This document shows, in pieces, positions 1 through 12,500 of a DNA stretch of 64,000 nucleotides; within the stretch, counting starts at the first letter, position 1, and each line of letters starts with the position of its first letter. The position numbers were made by a program, and so were the translations under genes. Source of the DNA: Stylophora pistillata (taxonomy: Eukaryota); assembly GCF_002571385.2 (NCBI RefSeq), contig NW_019217784.1, forward strand, positions 1,898,863 to 1,962,862, in the 5' to 3' direction. The notes under the pieces were generated by a model. That model was not told where the DNA came from. It was given only the letters and a program-made list of their open reading frames with translations, and searched no databases.

Positions 1-23
1 AATCCTATTCCTATTTCTATGAA

Positions 24-393
24 TCCTCCCGGTTAGCTCAATTGGTAGAGCGCTGGACTGTTGTGCGGGAGGTCGTGAGTTCAAATCCGGCCGGAGCAAC
101 ACTCAGGGTCTTTAATTAACTGAGAAGAAAGTGCTGCCTTTGTAATAATATCTGCAAATGGTTAGACTTCATAGTCTTCTCGGATAGGGACGATAAATGG
201 AGGTCCCTTCTCCTGCAGGGTTGGGGTAGGAGACGTTAATTTCCCATACACGAGATTACTGTGTGATGGATGTCCTCCCCGGGTGGGATGGGTGGGTAAA
301 AAAGGGGTTAGGTGTCAATTGAAATGAAAGTTCTGTTCCTTTCTCCTGCCATTCCTGTGGTGAATTAATTAAACTTAAACTTAAACTTAAACT
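24..393 (+). mobile_element. tRNA-derived SINE (Nin/Deu-domain-like), copy 1
   Basis: tRNA-like head with A box (TAGCTCAATTGG) and B box (GTTCAAATCC); central block TCTTCTCGGATAGGGACGATAAATGGAGGTCCC; (TAAACT)n tail at ~369-393; aligns with the copy at 7668-8023 over ~270 nt. Confidence 0.85.
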
Positions 394-404
394 ATTCCCA
401 TATA

Positions 405-2736
405 TTACAAGACAATGCTCTTACAATTCTTTATGTCCTTTTCTCTTTGTACTTTCCTTGCTTGTTCCTTCAGGACTTCCATTTCTTGATTCATGATGGT
501 GTAAAAAGCATCCAGTTTATTTTGGAGAGCCAATGCTTCTTCCTCTGAAAGTCCTTTGCAAGTGAGAAGAAAATTCTGTTGCTATTAGGGATTAATTTAC
601 CAAAACATTTAATTAAAAAGGCTAAGAAAAAAGTTAAGCTGTCCACAACTACAATGGCCTGTTTAAACTGATAAAATTACTGCACTTCAATGAAAAAGGT
701 AAAGAATCCTAGAGGGGTTTGAATTGCAGTGGTTCTTTATGACTGTGACTGAGTTTCAGTTTTTAGGAAGTGTCTTTCTTTTGAGCATGTACATCAATTT
801 ACTATAATATTATTTACAAGCTAGAATCATACACTGGCTAAACAAGGCAGGAACAAACATCAGACCAGATTAACTTAAAACTCTTTTTCTTTTAGAATAC
901 TCACTATGCCTCAAAACCTGACTTATTTAACAGGACATCATATTCTCTTGAGTCTACTACATAACTGTAACAGTAACTGTGATCCAGTTAACCCTTTAAG
1001 TTACAGAATTGATTAACATGTAACTTCTCCTTATCATACTATAATATGCAGACTTTATCCAGCAAACAGGCAAATTAAGTATACTCAAGCTCACCAAGTA
1101 GAAATTGTCATCTTGATCTGAGAACAAATTACAGTTTTGGAAATAAGTTTACAAAGAATGTGTAGCAGCTGGAAGGGTGTATTAACAATCAGATCTTGGG
1201 AGATTATCGGTTAAGTCTGATTTTTTCTGACCTAGACTAGCTGTCCTTTCTAATATGCTCTACCTTATTATTATAAAATAATTCTGTTTACCCGATGGTA
1301 GTTCAAATCGAGTGTCCACAAGCAACAAATGGCCTGACGACAACAGTCCATTAGCTGATTCACTGCTCATCTGAATCCAGGCACCACTTCCCTCGGCATT
1401 TGAATGATGGATCTGCACCAAAGGGATCCAAGCACTTCCCAGCAAGGTGTCTTTGAAGAATCCCTTCTCCCACAGTTGGAAACATAGCAACTGGTCCAAC
1501 TGGTTTGTCTCACTATGTGTACAATTAAGAGACTAGTTAATCCCACATATAAGGAATGCAGTGTTCAAGTGATTATCAAATACAGCCGAAAACTAACTGA
1601 GAAGTTCATGTTCAATCTCAACTGTCCCCCACTTTGTCAATTATGTAACCTGGTGCAGCCAAATGAGGGCTAGCAGATGTCAAATTTTACATAAATGCTC
1701 TGTAAAGTTCTCTGGGGGGAAAAGTTGTCAGACAGGTACCCAAGACTATATAGCTGGGGCCTAATAGATACTTGTACCCCAATAATCAGGAGAGTTGGCA
1801 TATAAAGTTTGCAAAAAATAAGAGACTTACAAGACAAACTCTTGATCCCATGTTGGTGAAATTCCTTTGCAAATTTCAGTCTCCAAAGTAACGTTTTGAA
1901 GCAAAACACGTACAAATGTATTTGTTTTATCTACAAAAAAAAAGAGAAGAGAAACTGAACATGGCATTTATACTTAAGAGAAAGGCTAAAAATACAAGAA
2001 TAGCACTAAAGGACTTCAAACAAGAACATAATTTATCAAAATGGATTTGATACCGAGACCAGCTCAAATATTCAAGATTTTACTATTCAAATTCTTGAGC
2101 ATATATGTAAATAAAACAACTATTAACTCTTAGGGAAGCGTTGTTATGAAACAAAGGAGATTTTAACTCTTAATATTTGAAAGTCTTTATTTTGAATAAT
2201 TTTAAGGATATGAAAGAAAGTGAAAAATTAGCAATGCAACAAATTTCGCCATGGTCGAGATCAAACTAGTTTAATTGAATTCATAGCTCACACTTGTTTT
2301 CTAATGGAATTTTGTTCTTGCTAAATAAAGAATGTTAACTAAAAATGGGATGCACAAAGTATCAACCTGCAAAAGGAAATTAATTTACTTCCTTAAACAT
2401 TTAATTGTGAAACAGAAGGTCTCGAACATAGTGTCCCTCGACCTTTCCGGGTTGAAAGTGGTTAGTACATGATCGAGAATCTATCGAATTTAAGCCAAAA
2501 TACGAAAATTTCCTTACCAGAGAGGGATCGTAATTTTCCCTTTTTAACTGCTCATTCCGTCCATGGATTAGAACATGCGTGAAAAAGAAAATAAAATATG
2601 AGTTAAATCATCATTTTGTTTCCTCATTAATGAAGAAGCAACCCCAGGAGACGAACAGCATTCTAAAACATTCGACATTTGCCTGCCAACTACTAATTCA
2701 TCATTCGCACTTACCGAGTACACACAAAATTGGCAT
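405..2736 (-). CDS. unc-13: unc-13/Munc13 homologue, N-terminal C2A exons (probably continues beyond the window start)
   Basis: Exons 2736-2715 (22 nt), 2547-2518 (30), 1930-1831 (100), 1512-1292 and 553-~425 splice in frame to MPILCVLVKKGKLRSLSDKTNTFVRVLLQNVTLETEICKGISPTWDQEFVFETNQLDQLLCFQLWEKGFFKDTLLGSAWIPL...DTRFELPSGLSEEEALALQNKL, matching recalled Munc13 MSLLCVGVKK...WEQDFMFE...WNKGLIWDT...FELPLDIPEEEA. Confidence 0.85.
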
Positions 2737-2870
2737 GCCTAGTTCCTAAGTAAAACTAACTTCTTTCTGTACTATCCTATCAAAAATTTCCCCTTTGACG
2801 AGGGTTCATGGTTGCTTTTTTAGGGGTTGTAATGGACTCATCCAAGTGAACAACCGACTACTGTAAACTT

Positions 2871-2878
2871 TGACGTCA
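2871..2878. promoter_or_regulatory. CRE palindrome TGACGTCA upstream of the unc-13 ATG
   Basis: Perfect CREB/ATF 8-mer 135 nt upstream of the start codon; function inferred only. Confidence 0.35.
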
Positions 2879-4926
2879 CGACGGGAGGTCATGTCGTAAA
2901 TTCAGAAACTTAGAGGGGGTGGGAGTGGAGCAAGCTGTAAACTTGATAATCATTTAAGCACCAAAACTTCCCAGCTGGTATGTTTTCACTCAAAGTAAAA
3001 ACAGATGCAATATCCTTAATTACTTTTTCTCTAAATCAATTGGAATAACATCATGTTAGATTGCGATCAGTCACGATAAATTCTTCAAAGAACGTTCGGA
3101 ATGAAAAACATAGGGTGTAGGTGTAATTTATCATCCTAATACGAGATTAATTATGGTCTTGAGGCAAATGAACGCAAATGTCATTTTCAACACAGGTTAA
3201 GGATGTAAAAACTTCTTAATACTTTGGCAGTTACGGTGGAACTGAGTTAAAAAACATGAGTGGAATATTTTGTCAATGCCCACGACTGTAACGAATCGCA
3301 AGTCATGGTTACGTAATTTTTTTCAAATTAAGTTGTATGTGAAAGGCGAATCAGAAATGCCCTTTTTTCAGGGAAAATAAGGAAATTTATGGCTCACGTG
3401 CAGCTTCACGAGGAGAAATGTCAGACAAACAGGAAAAGGCCACTGACTCGTGAAGACAATTCGCAATTAAAACCGGTTCAATAACTGCGACAATTTTTCA
3501 TTTTTTAATGATGACAGTAATAATTTCACTGACCTTGATAAGGATTTAAAGGTCGATAAAGACAATTTGAATCTTTAAGCTCTAATGTCGTAGAATGGTG
3601 TTTTATCGACATAATGCCCTCGACAAGAAAACGTATTGCTTTCCCGAATTAAGTTAAAAAATAATCAGCAGTTATAGGAGAGTCTCAACGATGTTAGCCG
3701 TAAAACGGCTAAATACTTAGCACGGTAAGGCCGGTGTAAAAATTGGTAATTTTCAACCGTTATTTGTAGGAAAAAGTTAACCGTAAAGTATTCCTTTTTC
3801 CATCTACCATGTGTCATTTTGAAAGTGTCAAAATCTTTTGACCGTTATGTGTCTTATTGTGGTTAATGCAGTTGAAGGTTACACAGTCTTACCAGTAAAT
3901 AAAAACAAAGATATTTGGTTCAGGTCTCCAAAGTTCACTGAAAAGCATGCTATGCATGTCCATCAGAATTCTTATCACCAATACCGTAATTACTTTTATA
4001 AGAATTTTTTTAATCCCGGAATTGATCAAAGAAGTATACTGGCCAGTCGTAAATGTGTTTTAGAGCAGTGAAAATTAATCATTAACTTTTTAAAGGTAAT
4101 TGAAATAAAGTTTTAACATTTCTGTTAACCCTAACGGAGATAAATTGACCGTTAGCCGTTAAATGGCCAAACTTTTAGCCGTAAGCCGTAAACAAACGAG
4201 CGGAAAAAAATGGCCCTCTCTGCTAAAGGTCATAAACTCAGAAGACTTTGTTGATCAAATGAATACAAAGTTATTTCCTCGTTGTTTATTCGAAACCCTT
4301 ATTTGCAGCAAGCTGTATCCATCTTGTCACTGCGTCTTTCGTTCAGTATTTCTGGAGAATCAGGAAATGTAAATCAATTCTGGTACATATACATATAAAA
4401 AGGACCGGCCATTTACCGAGATCAAATCTTGGCTTTTACCGCCCCATCGGACGATCAGTTTCCATGATAATCAACGGAAGTTTTAAGCGATTAAAGCTAT
4501 TTCAAGACCCACCGAGGAAGAAATCAAAATATCTCGATGCCTGTTTACTAAAAAAACTGCTTGTGAAAAAACGGAAAATACACCTTTTGATATTGTAGAC
4601 GAGAGTATTTTTCTTCAAATTCTAATTATTATACTTCATTAGTAAAAGGATGACACAGCAAGAAGTGACTTCATTTAGATAATTAGTATATCTTCTGTTT
4701 TGATAGGTTCTCTTTTCTGTAGCGTGTATCCGGCCCATCTCAAGCAGTTCGTCGGTTATCAACAGCAACCTTCTTTTTCTTATAACATCTCATACCATAC
4801 CGTCCCCTCGTTCAGAAAAAAAGGGATTTTGACTGGAAAATTGCCGCCGTAACTGCTAAGCTTTCTGAAATTGTCTACCAATGGGAGACATTTACATAGT
4901 GCTAGTCAGTAGCCAAGAATCTTTCA

Positions 4927-5202
4927 CAGACGCGGATCCAGGGATTTTTTATTGGGGGGGGGGGGTCCAAACTTTGGCTCAGAAAGGACTGTTGGACTCT
5001 TTGAGGCAAATTACTTCTCCCCCACACCCCCTCCCACCAGTCGCGGTTGCACGTTATAATTCCTTGGCCGCTACCGTTTATTTGGATTCATTAAAAAAAT
5101 CAGCCTGTTAAAAGTGATATACGATCCTGTCTCACAGTTGTAAGCGTCAGGTTTGATGGGGGGGTCCGGACCCCCCGGACCCTCCCCCTGGATCCGCCAC
5201 TG
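4927..5202. mobile_element. MITE with 5-bp TSD (hAT5-like)
   Basis: Imperfect TIRs CAGACGCGGATCCAGGG / CCCTGGATCCGCCACTG flanked on both sides by TTTCA. Confidence 0.75.
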
Positions 5203-6844
5203 TTTCAAAGAAAGGTTTGCCTTTACCGTGGTAAGATAAGTAATTTATGTCAGTGGACCGTGTTAAAAAAATTCTGAGTAGCACCTACCTTTTCCACGAA
5301 CGCACAACGTTTCTCGAAATGCTGATTTTCCAAAAATGAGACAAGCACAGTTTAAGCACGTTCGAGGAATCTGATTAACCTCCATTATGTTATGGTCACT
5401 TAATTTCCAAAAGCTTAGCTGCAAAATTAAAATTTACAAATATCAAATGATTCTCCCCGATTTGTAAATCGGCTATTTGAAAACAAACAGAGCCCACACT
5501 CAAGGAAATAATACAATCGAATATGCGCAGAAGTGAACCTTGTCCTAATTAAGGACTTTTTTATTTATCATAAACTCAGCTTGAGATCTAGGAACAGTGA
5601 AAAATGTTTATAGAAATTTTCCCCACAATTCTTAGAGAATGGCGTTACTTCTACCATGAGGACAAGATTTTCCGCTTCAGTCGAAATCGATGGCTTCATT
5701 CTTGTTTATCAAAATTATAAACTGCATTTACATTTATTGCTTCTATCGAGTGCCTTTTTGTTCGTCGACAAAATTTCATTATTAATTCTTCACGAACTGA
5801 AGCCCGAATTTCGAACAAATCATTTCATAGGAAAACGAAGAAATCGGTAAATTAACGGATAAATTCTGTGAGATTCCAATGACGTACCTTTTCAGACCCT
5901 TTTCAAGCCATTGGTAGCATGATTTGCGACGTCAAGGCAATCTTTTTGCGTGGTAAGCGCAGTTAATGAAGTACGATGGAAGTTACAAGACCATTCACAT
6001 CGATAATCAACTGTCCGTGAATCGTAAAATAACCGCTTCAGAGATAAACATGTTTGTCAGGCCTCTTCTTTAGTGCTGATATATTACACTGTATTGAACA
6101 GGAGACAGAATTAGCATATTTCCATGGATGAAATAGCCTTTTCAATCAAATAGTACACTGACATCATTATCTCATACGTTATCTTGGTCTCTTGACAACC
6201 GCACAAAACTTGGAGCTTGTCAGCAGGTGAATAAACACACTCCAAGGCGAAACTTTAAGAAATCAAGAAAAGCTCAACCGCAGGGATAACAAAAAATAAA
6301 TAAATAAAACTTGAGAGACTACAAGGAAATTATGACGAAAAAAGTTTTGTTGCTTTTCATTCGCATTTGTTTAGAGGGGAGGGGGATTTGCTGGCGTTTT
6401 ATGCTTATACTGAGCAATTGGCGTTTCTAGACCTCAATAAGACCTCGACGGGACCATTCAACCATTGTCTCGTGAGTCGAACGAAAAAGTGTGGGAGTTA
6501 TTACGAAGTTTTATTCACACAAGGCCCTGTACCATTACGTTGATCAAATATATAAATCCCCATGGCGGTTGACGGAAATATTGGGCTAGAACGTAAAGAA
6601 CTATGACTGAAAATAGCATTCTTGACGTCATATCATAGATAAGCTAATCGATCACGTAAATCTCTTCTTAAAATAGAGGGTCACTTTAAAATAAAATTAT
6701 ATATTTTAACTTTGTTGCGGAAACTGTACAGCGATTAAGACGTTAAAAAAGAGGAAATAATGGTAATGATACTAAGTTTGTCATTTTGTTATCCTCATGG
6801 TAGTCAGAACACCAGGGTTGTTGTAAACTGTCAGTAGTATCGAC

Positions 6845-7085
6845 CCAGGCTGGGTTGTTCAAAGATGGATTAAGATAACCCAGGGTTAGTGTGAAATTTG
6901 ATTTTAGATCTGAAAGCTTCATAAGAAAATTCAGTGTAATTCCATTTGTCTAAAATTTGATGATCGATTGTTCTAAAAAGAATTGGGAAAATCATTCCAA
7001 AACTGCTTTTGAACAGAGAAATATAGAAACCGGGATTGAAATTTAACCCTGGGTTAGCACTAATCGGCCTGCGAACAACTGGGCG
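6845..7085. mobile_element. MITE
   Basis: Imperfect inverted ends (GGGTTGTTCAAA ... GCGAACAACTGGGC) and internal inverted AACCCAGGGTT / AACCCTGGGTT motifs. Confidence 0.6.
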
Positions 7086-7345
7086 TATAATTTTAAACTT
7101 ACGGTTATTGAAAAAGTTAGAAGTCAAAATCAAGAGATCAGAAAAGGAAGGAAAAATTGTTGGATTTTAAGACTCAATCCTACTCTCAATAAGCTTACTA
7201 CATGAATCATAACTATTTTAATTTATCTATTTTAGTCACTATAACACGTTTCGCTATTATCAATTCTATTTTTATATTATTACGTCATGACATGTTAACT
7301 GTTGACACGAATTTAAAAGTTGAATATTGCGCATGTAATTAGTAT

Positions 7346-7382
7346 GCTCCTGAGGAAGACCGAGACGATCGAAACGTCGAGC
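7346..7382 (+). ncRNA. minimal type-I hammerhead ribozyme motif (Penelope-like element remnant)
   Basis: GCTC-CTGAGGA-A-GACC-GAGAC-GATC-GAAAC-GTC-GAGC: stem I GCTC/GAGC, CUGANGA and GAAA cores, palindromic ACGT stem III, GUC cleavage triplet; one mismatch in stem II. Confidence 0.6.
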
Positions 7383-7667
7383 TAATAAACCAACGAAGCT
7401 ACATTGGAGTTGGCCTCTTGACCATCACATTTCTGCTTTTATTTAGGTTATTTCAAGAGCCCACGATCGCTTCAGTGATCCTCCAGGCAGCGCGTTTGAG
7501 ACTGATCAGCATTGTTTGTGGGACCCCTTACAAGTTTCTACTTATAAGGGAACAAAAGGAATGAGCTGGCGAGTGCGTGCTGGGACTCAACTAAATACTT
7601 GATAAGGCATGCTTGAACCACCAACTTATAAAAGGATCGTTAGTCAACCAGTACTTTAACTTTATGC

Positions 7668-8023
7668 ACCCGCCCAGTTAGCCCAATGGATAGAGCGCTG
7701 GTCTGTTGTGCGGGAGGTCGAGGGTTCAAGCCCCGGCCGGACCAACACTCAAGGTCTTAAATTAAATGAGAAGAATTTGCTACCTTTCTATAACATCAAG
7801 AAATGGTTAGATATTCTAGTCTTCTCGGATAGGGACGAATAAATGGAGGTCCCGTCTCCTGCAGGGTTGGGGTAGGAGACGTTAATTTCCCACACACGAG
7901 ATTACTGTGTGATGGATGTCCTCCCCTGGGGTGGGATGGGTGGGATATAGGGCGCACTTAATTTGGAGCCTCGCTCTGTTGTGCGACCCTCACCACACTC
8001 TGGTGAAAGTGATTAAATAAATA
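7668..8023 (+). mobile_element. tRNA-derived SINE (Nin/Deu-domain-like), copy 2
   Basis: Highly similar to 24-296; A and B boxes; different 3' tail ending in (TAAA)n at the gap. Confidence 0.85.
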
Positions 8024-9013
8024 NNNNNNNNNNNNNNNNNNNNNNNNNNNNNNNNNNNNNNNNNNNNNNNNNNNNNNNNNNNNNNNNNNNNNNNNNNNNN
8101 NNNNNNNNNNNNNNNNNNNNNNNNNNNNNNNNNNNNNNNNNNNNNNNNNNNNNNNNNNNNNNNNNNNNNNNNNNNNNNNNNNNNNNNNNNNNNNNNNNNN
8201 NNNNNNNNNNNNNNNNNNNNNNNNNNNNNNNNNNNNNNNNNNNNNNNNNNNNNNNNNNNNNNNNNNNNNNNNNNNNNNNNNNNNNNNNNNNNNNNNNNNN
8301 NNNNNNNNNNNNNNNNNNNNNNNNNNNNNNNNNNNNNNNNNNNNNNNNNNNNNNNNNNNNNNNNNNNNNNNNNNNNNNNNNNNNNNNNNNNNNNNNNNNN
8401 NNNNNNNNNNNNNNNNNNNNNNNNNNNNNNNNNNNNNNNNNNNNNNNNNNNNNNNNNNNNNNNNNNNNNNNNNNNNNNNNNNNNNNNNNNNNNNNNNNNN
8501 NNNNNNNNNNNNNNNNNNNNNNNNNNNNNNNNNNNNNNNNNNNNNNNNNNNNNNNNNNNNNNNNNNNNNNNNNNNNNNNNNNNNNNNNNNNNNNNNNNNN
8601 NNNNNNNNNNNNNNNNNNNNNNNNNNNNNNNNNNNNNNNNNNNNNNNNNNNNNNNNNNNNNNNNNNNNNNNNNNNNNNNNNNNNNNNNNNNNNNNNNNNN
8701 NNNNNNNNNNNNNNNNNNNNNNNNNNNNNNNNNNNNNNNNNNNNNNNNNNNNNNNNNNNNNNNNNNNNNNNNNNNNNNNNNNNNNNNNNNNNNNNNNNNN
8801 NNNNNNNNNNNNNNNNNNNNNNNNNNNNNNNNNNNNNNNNNNNNNNNNNNNNNNNNNNNNNNNNNNNNNNNNNNNNNNNNNNNNNNNNNNNNNNNNNNNN
8901 NNNNNNNNNNNNNNNNNNNNNNNNNNNNNNNNNNNNNNNNNNNNNNNNNNNNNNNNNNNNNNNNNNNNNNNNNNNNNNNNNNNNNNNNNNNNNNNNNNNN
9001 NNNNNNNNNNNNN
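8024..9013. other. assembly gap (990 N)
   Basis: Run of N. Confidence 1.
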
Positions 9014-9592
9014 AACGACTAGGACAAATTAAAGAGTGGCTGAAATTGCATGGTGACCTTAAAAACGTTGACAATTATGCACTTAGTTTATTTCCCTCTC
9101 GTTTACCATGACTAGTCAAGAACAGTACATCTACAGCACATTCTCTAAAAAGAGTTTAAGTTGATTTAACAACTTGAGTATTCTAAGTGTTCTTCTGAGA
9201 GTCGGGTCTACGTGTTCTTTGTACAGAATATGTTAGAAAATTAATTACTAACCATGTCGGGTTAGTTAGACACATTTTTAGTAACCAAACGTTGAAAATT
9301 ACTAACCATTGGTTAACCGGTTACCGTTAATTTCGAGCCCTGAATTAGATGTAGGAAGTCTGTGTTTCGATTTTTCCGTAGTACAGTGCTCGATACATAA
9401 AAGTAGAGTGGAAATATGGTAAGTTAGGAAAATACAAAGACTATACGTTGGTCCCTACAAACAGGCTCTTTATTTTCCCCTTAGATTTATATGTGATAGT
9501 TGATATATGACTAACTGTTGAGTCCTATTTGATGACGTCATCTTTTCCAAAAATGGTAGTGGAGAAATGTCGATGCTTGTGAAATTCTCAAG

Positions 9593-12500
9593 ATGGCCGA
9601 AGCTACTGTCGAAAGAGCAAATGAACGATTCTATTGCCATGAGTGCAATCGAGAAGTTTCTCTGAATTTACCAGTAAGTATTGGTTTATATAGATTTTTG
9701 CGGTGTATATTTTTCATTGAAATCAGCACTGCGATTTCGTGAAAAGCCTCACATAGCGAATCCATATTTCTCGGTGTGGATCCGTAATTCTACCATTTTC
9801 ACTTTATCGGATGAGTGATCAGTCCAAGCGACCCAAGTTTTCTTTGTTATGATTATAAGTGTCAGCTAATGCTGCTTTGATAAGAAGGTGTTAATATTAA
9901 GCCATAGTTTGGTCGGTAACCATTCTCGTAGAGGAAAAAAATTGAGTCTTTGGAAACTGAATAGCTTCCGCCATGCCGACGAAAACCATATATAATCGCA
10001 ACAGGTAAAGATGTTGCGATTGTTTTATCTGATTTCCCATAAGTTTTTATTCAGAGCCAAAGCAAAGAGAAAGTCGGTTATCAAGTTAGGTAAACTATCC
10101 ATCAGCTGTCAAGGAAACTTTTTACAAATCAATTTAATCATACACCGTCAATTTTAAGCACGTTTCGTTTCTAGGGTGTTGTGTGAATTATAAAGTAAAA
10201 GTTTCTTGATAGCAAGTACGTAATTTAGTTGTACTTGACCGGAGTTCGGTTCGGTATTTATGCATCGATTACATACTGAAATTTTTGTCAAAGTTCTGGA
10301 TGGTTATGTTCAAATTTGCATGTCTGTCACTATTATTTTACACTTCTTCCAAGCATTCCGCCCCTGGTACTCTTCATTTACCTCCATTTTGCTTAGATAC
10401 TGCAATTTTTCTTTAGATGGCAGGTTTTTTTAAGCAAAGGTGTAAGATTTTCAGAAGATAGTAGCACTACTTCTTAACAAAAGGCTTTTAAGATTTCTAG
10501 AGATGACCAAAGCAAAGATTCTAAGAAATATCCAAAAACGTAAATTTTTTTTTACAGGCATACAGATCTGGTGTTAGCTGCATTTTTTAATGCCAGTACA
10601 TGTTGGAAAAGGGAGCTGATGTTATTTTCCTAATTTGTTAAAAATCAGTAAACTCTGGTCAGAGCTTGTAACAATTATTAATTCATAGTTGGCAACAAAT
10701 ATTATGCAATTAGAGATGACATTGCTTCATTCTAATGGGCTGACTGGCTCAGCAGTCATGTTTCAAATTTATTTCTTGTGTTCTTTTCAGGATTTGACTT
10801 GCTCACAATGCCAGGGAGAATTTATTGAACAATTATGCGACAGGTATACTGCTGTAGGGTAATCCATCAATTACATTGTAACAGTTAGGAAAGTTAAGAA
10901 ATGAGAACTAATTGCATGATAACCTTAGATTGATCCTGAATACATTTTACCAACGTTTTGACACTGTTTTTCAATAAAGCTAGCGCTCAAGGAAAGAAAT
11001 GATAGTTATTAATTTAGAGAATAATAATATATTTTGATAATCTATTGATATATATGTATTTAATGAAGTTTGATCTCTGTAAATGAAGAGTCAACAGTAG
11101 CCTAATACTTAGAGTCCACAGAGGTACCATGGTCAGTTGTTGGTCAGTATAAAGAGACTCAGAGTTCACAGGTATTATGGTAAGTGGTTGGTCTTCAAGT
11201 GGAGCCTTTTTTATGGAGATTATATTTTGGTTTTGATTGGCTGTTTGTGTAACTCCTACATGTGACAGAAGTGATTCATAAGTTTGGATCTGTTAGATAA
11301 GAAACTCTATTATTCCAGAGTTTCAACATTGACCAATAGTAGTCTCAAGAGCCTAATCAAGTGGTTTTCCAATTACATGCTAAATTCTTTTCAGCAATGA
11401 AGAGGAAGAAAGTACAGCAGAAGCTGAAAGAGACCCTGCTGCCCAGTTTGCAGAGGTGAGAAGTACATGACTGTTTGCTTCATCCGCTAAAAATGACTTA
11501 ATATACATATTTTGCCTTCACTGTGTAATAATCATCACTCAAGACTATGATGGAGCTGGATCAACCTAGTTAACTAAGGGAAATCACAAAAAGTGTTACA
11601 ACATGGCTGATTCTACACACTACCAGTCCTTTCCACCCATGTCTATTACACTGTAATAAATACTGCTGATCATTACATGTTGAAATCTGGCAAACCTCTG
11701 TGATAATAAAATGAATGTTTTTGTTGATTCATGGGTAACCAGTGTTATTGTTCTTGTTCATTGACCAAGTTGTTTTCAGCAAATCATTTAAACAATCTTA
11801 ATGCCATTTACAGTTGATATGCATTAATTTGATTGATAACTTTTGCAATTAGTCACTAGATTTGGTTTTTCAATTCAGGATAACCGGTATTTATTGTAGT
11901 TTGCAGGTCCAAAGCATTCCTCTGTCTGTCTTTTGCTACAACCCATGTTTCAAATCAAGTTTGACTGGGTTTTATTATTATCATTGTCATTCCAGACAGG
12001 CCAGCCCCAGAGAAGATAATTGCATTTCCCTAACATATCTCAATGCTCTTTTTTTGTTATAATTATTGTCTAAACATTATTTCATTATAATTCTTTTTCA
12101 GTTGTTTCATAGAAATTTTTTTGGACCAATGCCTGGTAAGAAGTGACATTTTGTTTAAAAAAAAAAAAAGTATTAAATTTGGATTTTGTATTGAATACAA
12201 AGCAAAGTTAAATGAGTATAAACACAGCTGGTTACAAAAGTTGCAAACTAAAAAAGAATTATCACAACATATAATGTGGTTATAAAATTTCTTCTCTTCT
12301 GAGAATTCTACTTCAATGAATCTAGGAAGAATGTGGTAGTGATAATATTTATTTATGATTAACTTCCTAATGTTCTCTGAAGCTGGAAATTTGAACTTTG
12401 TAGATGAGGGTAGAAGACGGTCACGTAGACCCAGAACTAGAATAAGTATTCGTACCAATCAGAGGCCAGGAGAAAGAGGAGATGCTGCCAATGCCACAAC

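Noticed and set aside
3300-6300. Scattered minus-strand splice-like signals upstream of unc-13
   Set aside because: No continuous reading frame; may be UTR exons or noise
8013-9074. 353-aa ORF
   Set aside because: Artefact of the N gap
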